A stretch of 64,000 bases of DNA from an uncultured bacterium (GCA_949286705.1 CASEDF010000006.1:181809-245808), one strand, 5' to 3'. Counted from the stretch's first letter, positions 46,987 through 58,212 are shown. The notes: generated from the letters alone by a model not told the origin. Numbers and translations: made by a program.

Positions 46987-48345
46987 TTGAAATTAATCTC
47001 AAGATCTATAGCAATCATGTTTCTGGTTGACATGTGCGTACTAATCATATCAACTACGGCATGGTATACATGTTTTAATTTGCCCGAAAACTTTTTGGAT
47101 ATAACTGTTTTAATAACAGTTTTAACAGGTTTATGTGTTTTATTTTTAAAAGATAATTATAAAATCAGAGAATTCAATGTCACCTTAAAAAATTTTTATT
47201 TGCTTTTTGAAGGAGTTGTATTTTCTCAAATTCCTGCAGCCATTTTACTTTTGACTCTGGCTCAAAGTCCTGATATTTTTGAATATCTTCTTGCAAATTT
47301 ATTGACCGTTTTTGTAGTTTTAAGATTATATCGAATCGGTTTTCATTACTACCTTTTTAATATTAAAAGACCCAAAAATGTTTTAATCCTCGGAACAGGT
47401 GAAAATGCTCAAATTATTGCAAATGAAATTCAGAATAAAAAAGCTTTAAAAATGAATATTGCAGGATTTATCGCTGATGCAGACGATTCAAATACCGATT
47501 CAAACATAAAAGTTCTTGCAAAGCCTAAAAATTTAAAAGAAGTTATAAAAAAGACCCGGACGGATATTTTAATTGTAGCAATCGAAAGACGTATGGAAGA
47601 AGAACTGTTGACAGAAATGGTTCAAAGTATTCCAAGATCCGTAAAGGTTTATAAAATGCCTGAATTTTATGAAATGGTTACGGGTAAATATTTTATTGAT
47701 AAAATGTCCGTAAACTGGCTGTTTTATGATTTTATGAATAAACGTTCAAGAATTTATGACATTTGTAAAAGAATTTACGATATAGTTGCGGCGTCAATTA
47801 TTTTAACTGTTACTTTTCCGATACTTTTATATATCGGAATAAGGGTTAAAAAAACTGACGGAGGAGATGCAGTTTATACTCAAAACAGAGTCGGCAAAAA
47901 CGGCAAAGTGTTTAAGGTATATAAACTGAGGACAATGTATGTGAATGATTATGTTCCGGATGCGGAAAATATTGAACATACCGAACCTCAAGACTCTGAC
48001 AACAGAGTAATTCCGTTTTGTAAGTTCGTAAGAAAAGCAAGATTTGACGAAATTCCTCAAATGATAAATATTTTAAAAGGTGAAATGTCGATTGTGGGTC
48101 CACGTGCTGAATGGGATGATCTTGTAAAAGTATATAATGAAATTCCGTATTACCCGTGTCGTCAGTGGGTTAAAACAGGCTGGACCGGCTGGGCTCAAAT
48201 TAATCAAGGACATTGTTTTTCCAGCGATAACGAATTGGAAAAACTGCAATATGATTTGTATTATCTAAAACACAAAAATATTTTATGGGAAATCGGAATT
48301 TTAGTGAAAGCAGTATTTTTGGCTCTCGGAGGACGTCATGGTTGA
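46987..48345 (+). CDS. Polyprenyl-phosphate glycosyl-1-phosphate transferase (WbaP/PssY-type initiating sugar transferase)
   Basis: 452 aa. N-terminal TMs, central nucleotide-binding-like domain, C-terminal KVYKLRTM...IPQMINILKGEMSIVGPR motif. TTG start. Confidence 0.85.
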   Translation: MKLISRSIAIMFLVDMCVLIISTTAWYTCFNLPENFLDITVLITVLTGLCVLFLKDNYKIREFNVTLKNFYLLFEGVVFSQIPAAILLLTLAQSPDIFEYLLANLLTVFVVLRLYRIGFHYYLFNIKRPKNVLILGTGENAQIIANEIQNKKALKMNIAGFIADADDSNTDSNIKVLAKPKNLKEVIKKTRTDILIVAIERRMEEELLTEMVQSIPRSVKVYKMPEFYEMVTGKYFIDKMSVNWLFYDFMNKRSRIYDICKRIYDIVAASIILTVTFPILLYIGIRVKKTDGGDAVYTQNRVGKNGKVFKVYKLRTMYVNDYVPDAENIEHTEPQDSDNRVIPFCKFVRKARFDEIPQMINILKGEMSIVGPRAEWDDLVKVYNEIPYYPCRQWVKTGWTGWAQINQGHCFSSDNELEKLQYDLYYLKHKNILWEIGILVKAVFLALGGRHG

Positions 48346-49246
48346 AAAGAATGTTTTAGTGACAGGCGGTGCGGGATTTATTGGCAAACACACCATTAAA
48401 GAACTTTTAAATAATAATTTTAATGTTATTGTTGCTGATTTAAAAGAACAACCTGCGGATTTTGACTGTAAATATTACAGGATTGACGTTGCATCAGAAG
48501 ATTTGTATAAAATTTTTGAAGAAAATAAAATTGATTACATAATCCATCTTGCGGCATTGCCGTCAGTTGCCGAATCAATTAAGAAGCCTTTACTGGATTG
48601 CAGATGTAATTATCAAGCGACAGTGAATGTGTGTACCGCAGCGAAAAAGTTCAATGTCGAAAAAATTGTTTTTTCTTCAACGGCAGCTGTTTATGCAAAT
48701 CCTCAATATTTGCCGGTGGATGAAAAACATCCAGCATCATTTTTGTCACCTTATGCTATTACCAAAAATGCTTCCGAGCAATTCATTAAATATTCCGGTA
48801 TCAATTATATAATTTTCAGATATGCAAATGTTTACGGAATAGGTCAGGATTCCACAGGAGAAGCAGGTGTTGTTGCAAAATTCTTTGATGCTATGAAGGA
48901 GAATTTGCCGGTCAAAATTCATGGCAGCGGCGAACAGTACAGAGATTTTGTAAATGTAAAAGACGTTGCAAAAATAAATGTACTGGCGCTAGAATCGGAA
49001 GTTAAAAATGAAATTATAAATGTTTCAACCAATACAAAAACTTCTATAAATATGTTATTTCAAATTTTGAAAGAAGAATTCGGGTATAAACTAAATCCGG
49101 AATATACCATGTCCCGTGAGGGAGATATTGAAAAATCAGTTCTGTCAAATGAAAAATTAACATCGCTTTTGCATTATATTCCGTCAGTTGATTTAAAATC
49201 CGGAATTCATGAGATGGTTGAGCATTCAAAAGCAGCATGCGTTTAG
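48338..49246 (+). CDS. NAD-dependent nucleotide-sugar epimerase (GalE-like)
   Basis: 302 aa with VTGGAGFIGKH and YAITK (YxxxK). Confidence 0.8.
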   Translation: MVEKNVLVTGGAGFIGKHTIKELLNNNFNVIVADLKEQPADFDCKYYRIDVASEDLYKIFEENKIDYIIHLAALPSVAESIKKPLLDCRCNYQATVNVCTAAKKFNVEKIVFSSTAAVYANPQYLPVDEKHPASFLSPYAITKNASEQFIKYSGINYIIFRYANVYGIGQDSTGEAGVVAKFFDAMKENLPVKIHGSGEQYRDFVNVKDVAKINVLALESEVKNEIINVSTNTKTSINMLFQILKEEFGYKLNPEYTMSREGDIEKSVLSNEKLTSLLHYIPSVDLKSGIHEMVEHSKAACV

Positions 49247-49258
49247 GAATTATACAAA

Positions 49259-49486
49259 GTGGAAGATAAGATAAAGATTCTATATATTTTAACAAAATCT
49301 GATTTAGGCGGGGTGCAAAAGTATTTATTGGAAATTATAACTCATTTGTCCGAAAATATTGAGCCTTATTTTGTTATGTCTTTTCCAAAATATTTTTCTG
49401 AAGTATCAAAAAAATCCCAATATAATTTATTTTTTAATGAGAATAGATTCATTTACCCGGGGAGGCAACTATGGATAAAAAGTTAA
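49259..49486 (+). pseudogene. N-terminal fragment of a GT4-type glycosyltransferase
   Basis: KILYILTKSDLGGVQKYLLEI resembles the start of GT4 enzymes. It stops after 75 codons and overlaps the next gene. Confidence 0.5.
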
Positions 49487-50304
49487 ACTTCAGTGTGTTA
49501 ATGTCCATTTATTATAAAGAAAATCCACAGTTCTTTAGAACAGCTTTAGATAGTGTAATTAATCAAACATTACAGCCTGATGAAATTGTTATTGTGGAAG
49601 ACGGGGAATTAACAGACGAGCTTTATAAAGTTATAGAAACATACAAGAATAAATATCCGCAGGTATTTAAAATAGTTCAATTGGAAACAAACCAAGGATT
49701 AGGGAAAGCCTTACAAATCGGAGTTGGGAATTGTTCATACGATTTAATTGCAAGAATGGATTCCGATGATATTGCACTGCCCGAAAGATTTGAAAAACAA
49801 ATTAATTTTATGAGAGAGCATCCGGATATTGATGTGTTAGGTAGTTCAATATCAGAATTTGAAGGGAATCCTGAAAATATAACTTCATATAGGAAATTAC
49901 CGACGGAGCATAAAGATATTTACAAATTCGGACAATTCAGATGTCCTGTGAACCATATGACTATTATGTATAAGAAAAAAGCTGTCTTGGAAGCTGGAAA
50001 TTATCAAACATTTAAAAATATTGAAGATTACTGGCTATGGGGAAGAATGCTCAAAAAAGGTTATAAATTTGCAAATCTGCCGGAGTGTCTTGTGAACGTT
50101 AGAGCAGGAAATGCAATGCTTAAAAGACGTGCGAATTTAACATACTTTTTTAACAGCGAACTCCCGTTACACACAAAATTGTATCAAATAGGTTTCATTT
50201 CATTCGAGCAATATTTGAGGAATATTAGTTCTAAATTTCTGTTGAGAGCGGTACCGTTTGGTATGATGAGCTGGATTTATAAAAAATACTTGAGGAAAGC
50301 ATAA
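49471..50304 (+). CDS. Family-2 glycosyltransferase
   Basis: 277 aa with FSVLMSIYYKENP and ARMDSDD (DxD). Confidence 0.85.
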   Translation: MDKKLNFSVLMSIYYKENPQFFRTALDSVINQTLQPDEIVIVEDGELTDELYKVIETYKNKYPQVFKIVQLETNQGLGKALQIGVGNCSYDLIARMDSDDIALPERFEKQINFMREHPDIDVLGSSISEFEGNPENITSYRKLPTEHKDIYKFGQFRCPVNHMTIMYKKKAVLEAGNYQTFKNIEDYWLWGRMLKKGYKFANLPECLVNVRAGNAMLKRRANLTYFFNSELPLHTKLYQIGFISFEQYLRNISSKFLLRAVPFGMMSWIYKKYLRKA

Positions 50305-50306
50305 AA

Positions 50307-51434
50307 ATGAAAAATATTTTATACATAATTTCCACGTTAAAAAAAACAGCACCTGTAAATGTGCTATACAACATCATCAAAAATCTTGATCGTACTGAAT
50401 ATAATCCAATAATTTTAACTTTGTCCAAAGAAAAAAAGAATTCAGTAATAAAAGATTTTGAAGCCTTAAATATTACGATAAAATCTTTAGATTTAAATAA
50501 TTACTTTGGATATTTTGAAGCTGGGATAAAAATAACAAAAGCAGTTAAACAGATTAATCCTGATATTATACATACACATTGTTTTCGCTCAACTTTATTT
50601 AGTGCGCTATTTTTACGAAAATTTAAAAGAATAGCTACAATTCATTGTGATTATGATATCGATTTCGTATTGACCTATGGAAAAATACTCGGGTTTATTA
50701 TGGCAAAATTAATGGATTATTCGCTAAAAAAAACAGATAGAAGAATTGCTTGTTCCGAATATTTGAAAAATATAATAAACGAAAAGAAAAATTTTACCGT
50801 AGAAGCAATTAATAATGGAATTGATACTAAAATATTTCATCCGGTAACAGATAAAAAAGTTTTAAGAGAAAAGTTAAGTTTGCCATTGGATAAAACATTA
50901 TGGATATGGGTCGGAGTTTTAACGCCAGGGAAATCACCGCTAACTTTGATAAATGGTATCAAAAATTCAGATTCAAATACTAATTATTTTATTTTTTGCG
51001 GCGATGGTGTGTTAAAAGAAAAAATAGTTGAAGAAACAAAAAATATGGGAAATATATTGTTAACAGGTTATATTGACAATATTCAAGAATATTTACAGGC
51101 ATCTGATTATTATATTTCCACATCTTTATCAGAAGGCTTACCGCTATCAGTATTAGAAGGCATGGCTTGCGGATTGCCGGTAATTTTGTCTGATATCCCA
51201 CAGCATGAATTTCTTTTTAAATCTAATATTGGTTTATTATATCCGGTAAATGATTCTGAACAGTTAAAAGGATGTATTTCAAAAATTTTGTTATCGGAAA
51301 CAGATAAATTAAAAGCTAATGCCATAAATACTGTAAAAAATTATTTTGATTCATCTTTAATGAGTCAGGAATATCAGAATTTATATAAAATTTCAGGAAT
51401 AAATAAGTGCAAGTTGGAGAATTATGATAAATAA
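50307..51434 (+). CDS. Family-4 (GT-B) glycosyltransferase
   Basis: 375 aa with the C-terminal SEGLPLSVLEGMACGLPVILSDI motif. Confidence 0.85.
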   Translation: MKNILYIISTLKKTAPVNVLYNIIKNLDRTEYNPIILTLSKEKKNSVIKDFEALNITIKSLDLNNYFGYFEAGIKITKAVKQINPDIIHTHCFRSTLFSALFLRKFKRIATIHCDYDIDFVLTYGKILGFIMAKLMDYSLKKTDRRIACSEYLKNIINEKKNFTVEAINNGIDTKIFHPVTDKKVLREKLSLPLDKTLWIWVGVLTPGKSPLTLINGIKNSDSNTNYFIFCGDGVLKEKIVEETKNMGNILLTGYIDNIQEYLQASDYYISTSLSEGLPLSVLEGMACGLPVILSDIPQHEFLFKSNIGLLYPVNDSEQLKGCISKILLSETDKLKANAINTVKNYFDSSLMSQEYQNLYKISGINKCKLENYDK

Positions 51435-52635
51435 TCTGATTGTAAAAACAAAAATAAAATTTCCTATTAGGATTAACCTGGAATATCTGGGAGCCTTTTT
51501 ACTTATTGTATTCTGCAATTTCTGGGTATATAAAGCCAGACCGTTTATCCCTTTATATTATTTTTATTTAGTATCTTTATTCTTATTATTTTTAAGTATT
51601 TTTATAAAACAAAAAATAAATTTATCAAAATGTGAAGTATTATCAATTGTTTGTTCTTTATATACATTTTTAACATTACTTATAACAAATACAGAATGGC
51701 AATATACTGTACATATGGCGACAGCTATATCCTGTTTTGTCATCACTACACTATTATGTAAATTTTTAAAGAAAAAACAGGTGTTATCGATAACTAATTT
51801 TATGCTATTATTGAATTTTTTATATATAGCTACTGAAACATATTGGAGAATAACTCACCCGATGTTGGGTAGAGATAAGGATATTATTTCCGAAAATACT
51901 ACTTTTTATATATTTAAAACAAATTCATTTATTATTTCTGATTCTAATTCCATTGGATTAATGACAATTATTTTTGTTTTTTTAAGTATTTATCTGTATA
52001 ATTATGTTAATAAAAGTAAAATATATATTTTTTACATAATTGCATTTACCATATTAACTATTCTTAGTTTTTCAAGAGCTGCTTGGATTGCGGTCTTTTT
52101 TACTGGATTGATTATATTCTCAATTGATTTTTTAAAAAAACATCTTTTTATATATCTTAAGCAAAATAAAATTACCCTAAAATTTTTAATATTTATATTG
52201 ATAGTACCTGCCTTTGCAATATTTTCATTAATTACCATATTTTGTTTATTGTTCCATGATAGTAGTTTTTTGACAAAAATAGATTTAGCCAGAAATATTT
52301 TCGATTTTTTCTCAAGCTCATCTATATATCAAATAATATTTGGAATTGGCTCTTCATTAGATGCTTCTGATAAAATTTATCAAAGGTATCCGCATAATAT
52401 TATTCTAACATATTTAACTTGGGTTGGTTTATTGGGGACCAGTGTTGTTTATTATTTTTGGTGGAGTATTTATAAAACAACAAATAAAAGGTCCTGGCAA
52501 ATATTTATTCCTCAAATATTCGCCGGCATAAGTTATACTATGCCTGGATTACATTTATTTTATGTGAGTTTAGCCATCATCACATATTTTGAGTATATCT
52601 TACCTAAACAAAAAAAGGAGATTAAATGCCGCTAG
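51424..52635 (+). CDS. O-antigen polymerase/ligase-family membrane protein (Wzy-like)
   Basis: 403 aa, ~10 TM, with FSRAAWIAVFFTGLI in the Wzy_C-type loop region. Confidence 0.7.
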   Translation: MINNLIVKTKIKFPIRINLEYLGAFLLIVFCNFWVYKARPFIPLYYFYLVSLFLLFLSIFIKQKINLSKCEVLSIVCSLYTFLTLLITNTEWQYTVHMATAISCFVITTLLCKFLKKKQVLSITNFMLLLNFLYIATETYWRITHPMLGRDKDIISENTTFYIFKTNSFIISDSNSIGLMTIIFVFLSIYLYNYVNKSKIYIFYIIAFTILTILSFSRAAWIAVFFTGLIIFSIDFLKKHLFIYLKQNKITLKFLIFILIVPAFAIFSLITIFCLLFHDSSFLTKIDLARNIFDFFSSSSIYQIIFGIGSSLDASDKIYQRYPHNIILTYLTWVGLLGTSVVYYFWWSIYKTTNKRSWQIFIPQIFAGISYTMPGLHLFYVSLAIITYFEYILPKQKKEIKCR

Positions 52636-52961
52636 TATCAATAATAGTCCCAATTTATTACGTTGAACGATATATTAAAGAATGTTTAGACAGTATTATT
52701 AATCAAACTTTGAAAGATATAGAAATTATCATTGCTAATGATGGTTCTCCAGACAATGGTCCTAAGATTTGTGATGAATATGCACAAAAGGCTTCAATAA
52801 TAAAGGTTATTCACCAAGAAAATGGTGGTTTAGGCAATGCAAGAAATGTAGGTATGTCTTATGCAACAGGCGAGTATATTGGCTTTTTATCATACAAACT
52901 TTACAGATGCAGAAGTTTGGCTGGTATATGCATTAATGGCGGCATTCATAAATTACGTTAA
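52626..52961 (+). pseudogene. Truncated family-2 glycosyltransferase (N-terminal ~90 residues only)
   Basis: VSIIVPIYYVERYIKECLDSIINQT...NDGSPD...GEYIGFL. The sequence then loses similarity where DSDD is expected and stops. Confidence 0.6.
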
Positions 52962-52978
52962 AAAAGGAAAGGTTATAT

Positions 52979-54130
52979 ATGAAAAAAATAATTTGTACAG
53001 GTGATTTTATTTACAATTCAAGAGAAAAATATTTAAAATTTCATAGTTGGATTTTTAAATTATTTATCCCTATAATAAAAGAATCTCTTAATACCGGTGT
53101 AGACATCACATTTGATATTAAAGATAATATAGGGGAATATTTTTCAAGAGAATATTTCTATAATCTAGCCAATCAAACAAATATAAAAGATTGTCATAAC
53201 ATTTATAATATAGATAACTTTACAGATGAACAAATTGATTATTTAAAAAAGTTTTTTACTCCGGAAACAATAATTTTAGGAATGGAAATCTATAAACCCT
53301 TATGCGATTTGCTTACATCTTTTGGTTGTCAAATTATAGACATGGCATTTAATTCGTATAAGTTGTTTGATGACTTATCTCTTTGTTTTTACACTAATAA
53401 TAAAGAAATTTATAATAAACTCGTTAAATATCAAATACCGCAAGATAAGTATTATTTTTACGCAAACTATTGGAAAGTTTTTATGGAAAATAATAATATG
53501 ATTCAAGATAATGATATTGAAGAAAATTCTGTATTATTCATCGGACAAACTCTTCTTGACAAATCTGTTGAAAAAAATGGTAAATTTTTAAATGTTATTG
53601 ATTTTGAAGAAAAACTTAAAGAACTATCACAAAACTATTCTAAAATTTATTATTTACCACATCCATATTTAGGTAAAAAAAGAAAATTGATTTATGACTG
53701 GGTAAAAAATTCTCCATATATCGAACTTTTAACAAATCGTTCCACTTATGGTTTGCTGGCATCGGATAAAATAAAAAAAGTTGTAGGAATTTCTACTTCT
53801 GTACTTTATGAAGCACAATATTTTGACAAAGAAATAGAATATTTGTATAAACCGTTGTTTAATATTGATGCTTCCTTTGAAGAACATTCATACGTTAGTT
53901 TACTGTATGATTATTTTAATCCTAAATTTTGGGCAGATATTTTATCTCCAATTTGCGAGATTAGAAAAGGAATAAAAGATGTTAATTATTTCGAAAATGC
54001 ACACAATAAAATGAGAAATGTTCACAATGATTATTGGGGCTACGCACAACTTGACCCAATAAAAAGAATTCCAAATACTTATGATAGTATAAGACAGTTT
54101 TGGATAAGATATATAGCACCATTATTTTAG
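52979..54130 (+). CDS. Hypothetical protein, possibly capsule-synthesis (KpsS/KpsC-like) fold
   Basis: 383 aa. VLFIGQTLLDKSV ... IYYLPHPY ... VVGISTSVLYEAQYF loosely matches the Capsule_synth pattern. Weak call. Confidence 0.35.
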   Translation: MKKIICTGDFIYNSREKYLKFHSWIFKLFIPIIKESLNTGVDITFDIKDNIGEYFSREYFYNLANQTNIKDCHNIYNIDNFTDEQIDYLKKFFTPETIILGMEIYKPLCDLLTSFGCQIIDMAFNSYKLFDDLSLCFYTNNKEIYNKLVKYQIPQDKYYFYANYWKVFMENNNMIQDNDIEENSVLFIGQTLLDKSVEKNGKFLNVIDFEEKLKELSQNYSKIYYLPHPYLGKKRKLIYDWVKNSPYIELLTNRSTYGLLASDKIKKVVGISTSVLYEAQYFDKEIEYLYKPLFNIDASFEEHSYVSLLYDYFNPKFWADILSPICEIRKGIKDVNYFENAHNKMRNVHNDYWGYAQLDPIKRIPNTYDSIRQFWIRYIAPLF

Positions 54131-54140
54131 GAGATTTTAA

Positions 54141-55208
54141 GTGGAAAATACTAATAAAAATATAGCTTGGATTGATACTGCAAAATTTATTGGAATCTTT
54201 CTGGTTATACTTACTCATACAATAGGCAATCTTGGATTGTTAAAAACCGGAATATTTGAGTTAATAAATAATTTTTGTAATCTTTTTTATATGCCATTAT
54301 TTTTTGTATTAGCAGGCTATTTATACAAACAAAAAAATAGGTCACAAAATTATAACAAAATACTTTGGAGTTTATTGATTCCCTATTTAATATATCAGTT
54401 CCTCTATTTACCATTTGTAATTGGGAATAAAGTATTATATCATCATCTACCAATCTTTGATGTTACTAAAAAATGTTTAATAGGCATTCTCTTAGGGGAT
54501 GTAAATTCTGATGTTGATTGGTATCAAGGAGTTTGTTTCCCTTGTTGGTTTATTATGGTTATTATGCAGCTTAGGCTATTATTTGCAAACATAAATATCA
54601 CAACCCAAAAACTGATTGGGTTAAGTTTACTATCAATTATAATAATCAAAATTTTAACTGTTAATCACATAGATTTATTTGGATGTTTAGATAATACTCT
54701 GATGGCGATTCCTTATTTTTCTCTAGGATATTTATTAAAAAACAAATTTAAACTAGAAAATTATATAGAAACTTTTTCAAAATTTAAAACATGTATTTAT
54801 ATTGCACCTCTGGTCATTATCTTATTGCTAATTTTAAAGTTTAATGGTTTTATCATTTATGCTAGGGTAACATATAATATTCAAGCTAACCAATCATTAT
54901 TATTAATATTTTTAGCAGGTATTGTCGGGTCATTAATGGTTATACTATTTTCCAGTTTATTTAGTACAAGTTCTTCATTTATTAAAACAATTGGTAAAAA
55001 TACTTTATTTATTATATATTTCCACTTCCAATTAATATTCTTCATGTCCTGGATGAGGTTCAAAACATATATATATTCAGCGAATAAAGCAAGTTTTTTA
55101 TTTTTTGTTTTGTTCCTTTCTTTAGTAAATTTAGTAATTTGCTATTTTGCGATAAAATTTTTAAAAAGATACTGTCCTATAGTTTTGGGAAAAGGTTTAA
55201 CTAAATGA
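54141..55208 (+). CDS. Acyltransferase-3 family membrane protein
   Basis: 355 aa, multi-TM, with an AKFIGIFLVILTH N-terminal motif. GTG start. Confidence 0.8.
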   Translation: MENTNKNIAWIDTAKFIGIFLVILTHTIGNLGLLKTGIFELINNFCNLFYMPLFFVLAGYLYKQKNRSQNYNKILWSLLIPYLIYQFLYLPFVIGNKVLYHHLPIFDVTKKCLIGILLGDVNSDVDWYQGVCFPCWFIMVIMQLRLLFANINITTQKLIGLSLLSIIIIKILTVNHIDLFGCLDNTLMAIPYFSLGYLLKNKFKLENYIETFSKFKTCIYIAPLVIILLLILKFNGFIIYARVTYNIQANQSLLLIFLAGIVGSLMVILFSSLFSTSSSFIKTIGKNTLFIIYFHFQLIFFMSWMRFKTYIYSANKASFLFFVLFLSLVNLVICYFAIKFLKRYCPIVLGKGLTK

Positions 55209-56482
55209 TTGTATTAAAACAAAAAATAAAACAAGCTTCTCCTGAGAAGAAAAAAATATTTGAAAATTTCACCGCTATGGGAATTATTCAAATTCTTAAT
55301 TATGTTTTACCGTTTATTACATTGCCATATCTTGCAAGAGTTCTTGATGTTGAGAAATTCGGATTAATATTCTTTGCCCAAGCAACCATAGACTATTTTT
55401 CAAGATTTGTTGATTTCGGATTCAATCAATCTGCTGTTAGAGAACTGGCAATTCAAAGAGATAATATTGAAAAACGAAATGAGATTTATAATTCGGTTTT
55501 AGCAGCAAAAACCGGTTTAATGATAATTGCTTTTATCTTTTTATCCGTTATTATCTTCTCTTTTAGTAAGTTCCGTGCAAACTGGTTAATTTTTTATTTC
55601 ACTTTTTTATTTATACCGGGAAATATTCTGCTTTCACCATGGTTCTATCAGGGAATGGAAAAAATGAAATATATTACCATATATAATATAATCACAAGAA
55701 GCATCTCTCTAATTTGTATTTTTATATTCATAAAACAATCTAATGATTATATCTGGGTACCATTATTTAATTCATTAGGAATATTACTGGCAGGTATTAT
55801 CAGTTTTGGCATTATCATTCAAAAATTCAATATAAACCTTTGTATTCCGGAGGTTAAACAAATATATTCAAAGTTAAAAGAAAGCAGCGAATATTTCTTA
55901 AGCAGTATCTCAATTGCATTATACCAGAGTACAAATGCTTTTTTTCTGGGGTTATGCGTTTCTACAAATATGGTAGCTTATTATGTTTCGGCTCAAAAAA
56001 TATATCTGGCGATTTATTTTATGTATTACCCGTTCTATAATGCTTTCTTCCCTTATATGTCAAAGAATAAAGACATTAAGTTTTTTAAAAAAGTCTTTAA
56101 GGTTCTCTTATGCTTTAGCGTATTTTTGCTTGTATTTCTGTTATTATTTGCAAAACCTATTGTCAGAATATTTTATGGAGAACAATTGATTGAAAGTTAT
56201 CATATTTTACAAATATTTGCAATTATTATCCCTTTCCATATATTAGCTGATATAATGTCCTTTCCGCTCTTAGGTGCTTTTGGATATACAAAAGAAACAA
56301 ATCAATGCTGGATTTATGCAGGATTATTTCATCTGTTTGGAATCATTGGTCTTTATATATTCAACTATTTAAATATATATTCTGTTTCGGTTTTATTTAT
56401 GATTACATATATATTAATGTTCTTGCACAGAGTATATTATGTAAAGAAATACAACTTATTTAATAAAAAAACATTTAGTTAA
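55205..56482 (+). CDS. Oligosaccharide flippase (Wzx / polysaccharide biosynthesis protein family)
   Basis: 425 aa, ~12 TM, with an N-terminal LPFITLPYLARVL motif. Confidence 0.8.
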   Translation: MIVLKQKIKQASPEKKKIFENFTAMGIIQILNYVLPFITLPYLARVLDVEKFGLIFFAQATIDYFSRFVDFGFNQSAVRELAIQRDNIEKRNEIYNSVLAAKTGLMIIAFIFLSVIIFSFSKFRANWLIFYFTFLFIPGNILLSPWFYQGMEKMKYITIYNIITRSISLICIFIFIKQSNDYIWVPLFNSLGILLAGIISFGIIIQKFNINLCIPEVKQIYSKLKESSEYFLSSISIALYQSTNAFFLGLCVSTNMVAYYVSAQKIYLAIYFMYYPFYNAFFPYMSKNKDIKFFKKVFKVLLCFSVFLLVFLLLFAKPIVRIFYGEQLIESYHILQIFAIIIPFHILADIMSFPLLGAFGYTKETNQCWIYAGLFHLFGIIGLYIFNYLNIYSVSVLFMITYILMFLHRVYYVKKYNLFNKKTFS

Positions 56483-56533
56483 ACATCTAAAAAGCTTTTA
56501 TAGGTTTTCTTCTCCCAATCATAAGCAGTTTGG

Positions 56534-56794
56534 ATGCTTTTGATTTTGACTATAGGAAATATTTGTGTAGGAGAGGCGGCTGTCTACGGTGCATACATAA
56601 CGGCAAACGGCAATCAAAAAAGAAAAATACCTATGCAGCTAGAAGCGACAATAATTACTTTTATTGTCGTATTTTTGCTGCATAAATACGGAATATATGG
56701 AGCATCTATGTCATTTTTATTAGCTGCTATATATATTTCATACAGATATACAAGTTTTACATTAAAAATATTAAATAAAAGTGGTAATGCTTGA
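56534..56794 (+). pseudogene. Possible C-terminal remnant of a second flippase-type membrane protein
   Basis: 86 aa with two TM helices and no SD or start context. Sits just after the intact flippase. Confidence 0.3.
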
Positions 56795-56850
56795 TTTAAT
56801 ATTGATATCTTTTGATATTTGTAATAATATAATTATAACAAGGAGATTTT

Positions 56851-58212
56851 ATGCAGCAGACAGTTTATATCCCGCGAGAAGAAATTGATGAAGAATTAAC
56901 GATTGATTTTAAGAAAATATTTTTTACTTTAGGGAATAGAAAATTCTTAATTTTTAAGGTTTTTACTTTAGTTCTTTTATTTTTTATTGTGATAACATTT
57001 GTATCTGTTAAAAAATATAGAGTATCAGCGGATTTATACATAAACAAAGCGAACAGTTCCAATATGATGGAAATTAACCCATACGCAATAGAAGAACTCG
57101 GTGCCACAGGCGGTATGGCAGCTTTAATGTCTGCCAGCGGCGGTGCTTTACTAAATGAGTTAGAGCTTATACAATCGCCTCTTGTGATTGACAAAGTTAT
57201 TAGAGAAAACAATTTAAGGTATAAAAAATTGTTTGGGATTATAACAACCAGAAAGACCGGTGAATTTTTATCTGCAGAAAAATTTGTAAAGAAGGGTATT
57301 TCTTTTGAGAACAAAAAAGGCACAAATGTTTTATCCATTGAATATAAAAATAAAGATCCGGAGTTAGCTTATAACGTCGTTAATTCAGTTATAAACAATT
57401 ACATTGAACTTCACAAACAATTAAACAGCGATAAAGCTAAATCTGACCAAAAGATTTTAGAAGCTGAATATAATAGAGCTAAGCAGACATTAAATCAAAA
57501 AGTTAATACGATGAACGGATTACCCGAACAGTCTATGATGTCTACCGGAAATCTTGCTGCTATGAGTGCTTTTTCGAATAGTGCTCAGCGCGCATTATCG
57601 ACAATTAAAGGTCAGGTTATTTCTGGTGAAAGATCGAGAATTGATGTAACTGAAGAAGCTGCAAAAGTTGCAAATTTATCCTCAAAACTTGAATGGGCAA
57701 AAATGGTTGACAAAATGTCTGATTCCTCTAAAGTACTTGTAATCAAGGAGCCGCAAAAACTCAGAGATTTTGAATATTCTTCACCCAAGCTTCTTATAAA
57801 CATTCTTCTGGGTATAGTTTTTGGTTTTATTGCGTCATTATTTGCAGTAATTTTTGTTGAAATAACAGATAAAAAGCTTACATATTCAATGCTCGGAGAA
57901 AATATTATTTACGATTTAGAAAATGATTTTTCGGATTTGAAGTTATTATTGCTGGCAAATCAGGACAAAAATATTTCTCTTGTTTGTTTTGAGAATATCC
58001 CTGAAAATATTATTCCGCAATTACAAAGCTTTAGAAATATTCATCTAATAAAGGCGGATATCTCCGGTGAATTTGTTGAAAGCGTTAAAAATTCGGCTGA
58101 AGTTATAATATTTGCAACAGTCGGCAAAACAAATTCCAAACTTTATAAACAAATAAAAACAATGCTTATGGAAATGAACAAAAAAGTTGCTCAGGAAGTT
58201 TTGATTAAATAA
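56851..58212 (+). CDS. Polysaccharide co-polymerase (Wzz/chain-length determinant family) with a degenerate C-terminal domain
   Basis: 453 aa. N-terminal Wzz motif and TM, coiled periplasmic region, second TM (LINILLGIVFGFIASLFAVIFV). The C-terminal ~110 aa lack a Walker A. Confidence 0.7.
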   Translation: MQQTVYIPREEIDEELTIDFKKIFFTLGNRKFLIFKVFTLVLLFFIVITFVSVKKYRVSADLYINKANSSNMMEINPYAIEELGATGGMAALMSASGGALLNELELIQSPLVIDKVIRENNLRYKKLFGIITTRKTGEFLSAEKFVKKGISFENKKGTNVLSIEYKNKDPELAYNVVNSVINNYIELHKQLNSDKAKSDQKILEAEYNRAKQTLNQKVNTMNGLPEQSMMSTGNLAAMSAFSNSAQRALSTIKGQVISGERSRIDVTEEAAKVANLSSKLEWAKMVDKMSDSSKVLVIKEPQKLRDFEYSSPKLLINILLGIVFGFIASLFAVIFVEITDKKLTYSMLGENIIYDLENDFSDLKLLLLANQDKNISLVCFENIPENIIPQLQSFRNIHLIKADISGEFVESVKNSAEVIIFATVGKTNSKLYKQIKTMLMEMNKKVAQEVLIK

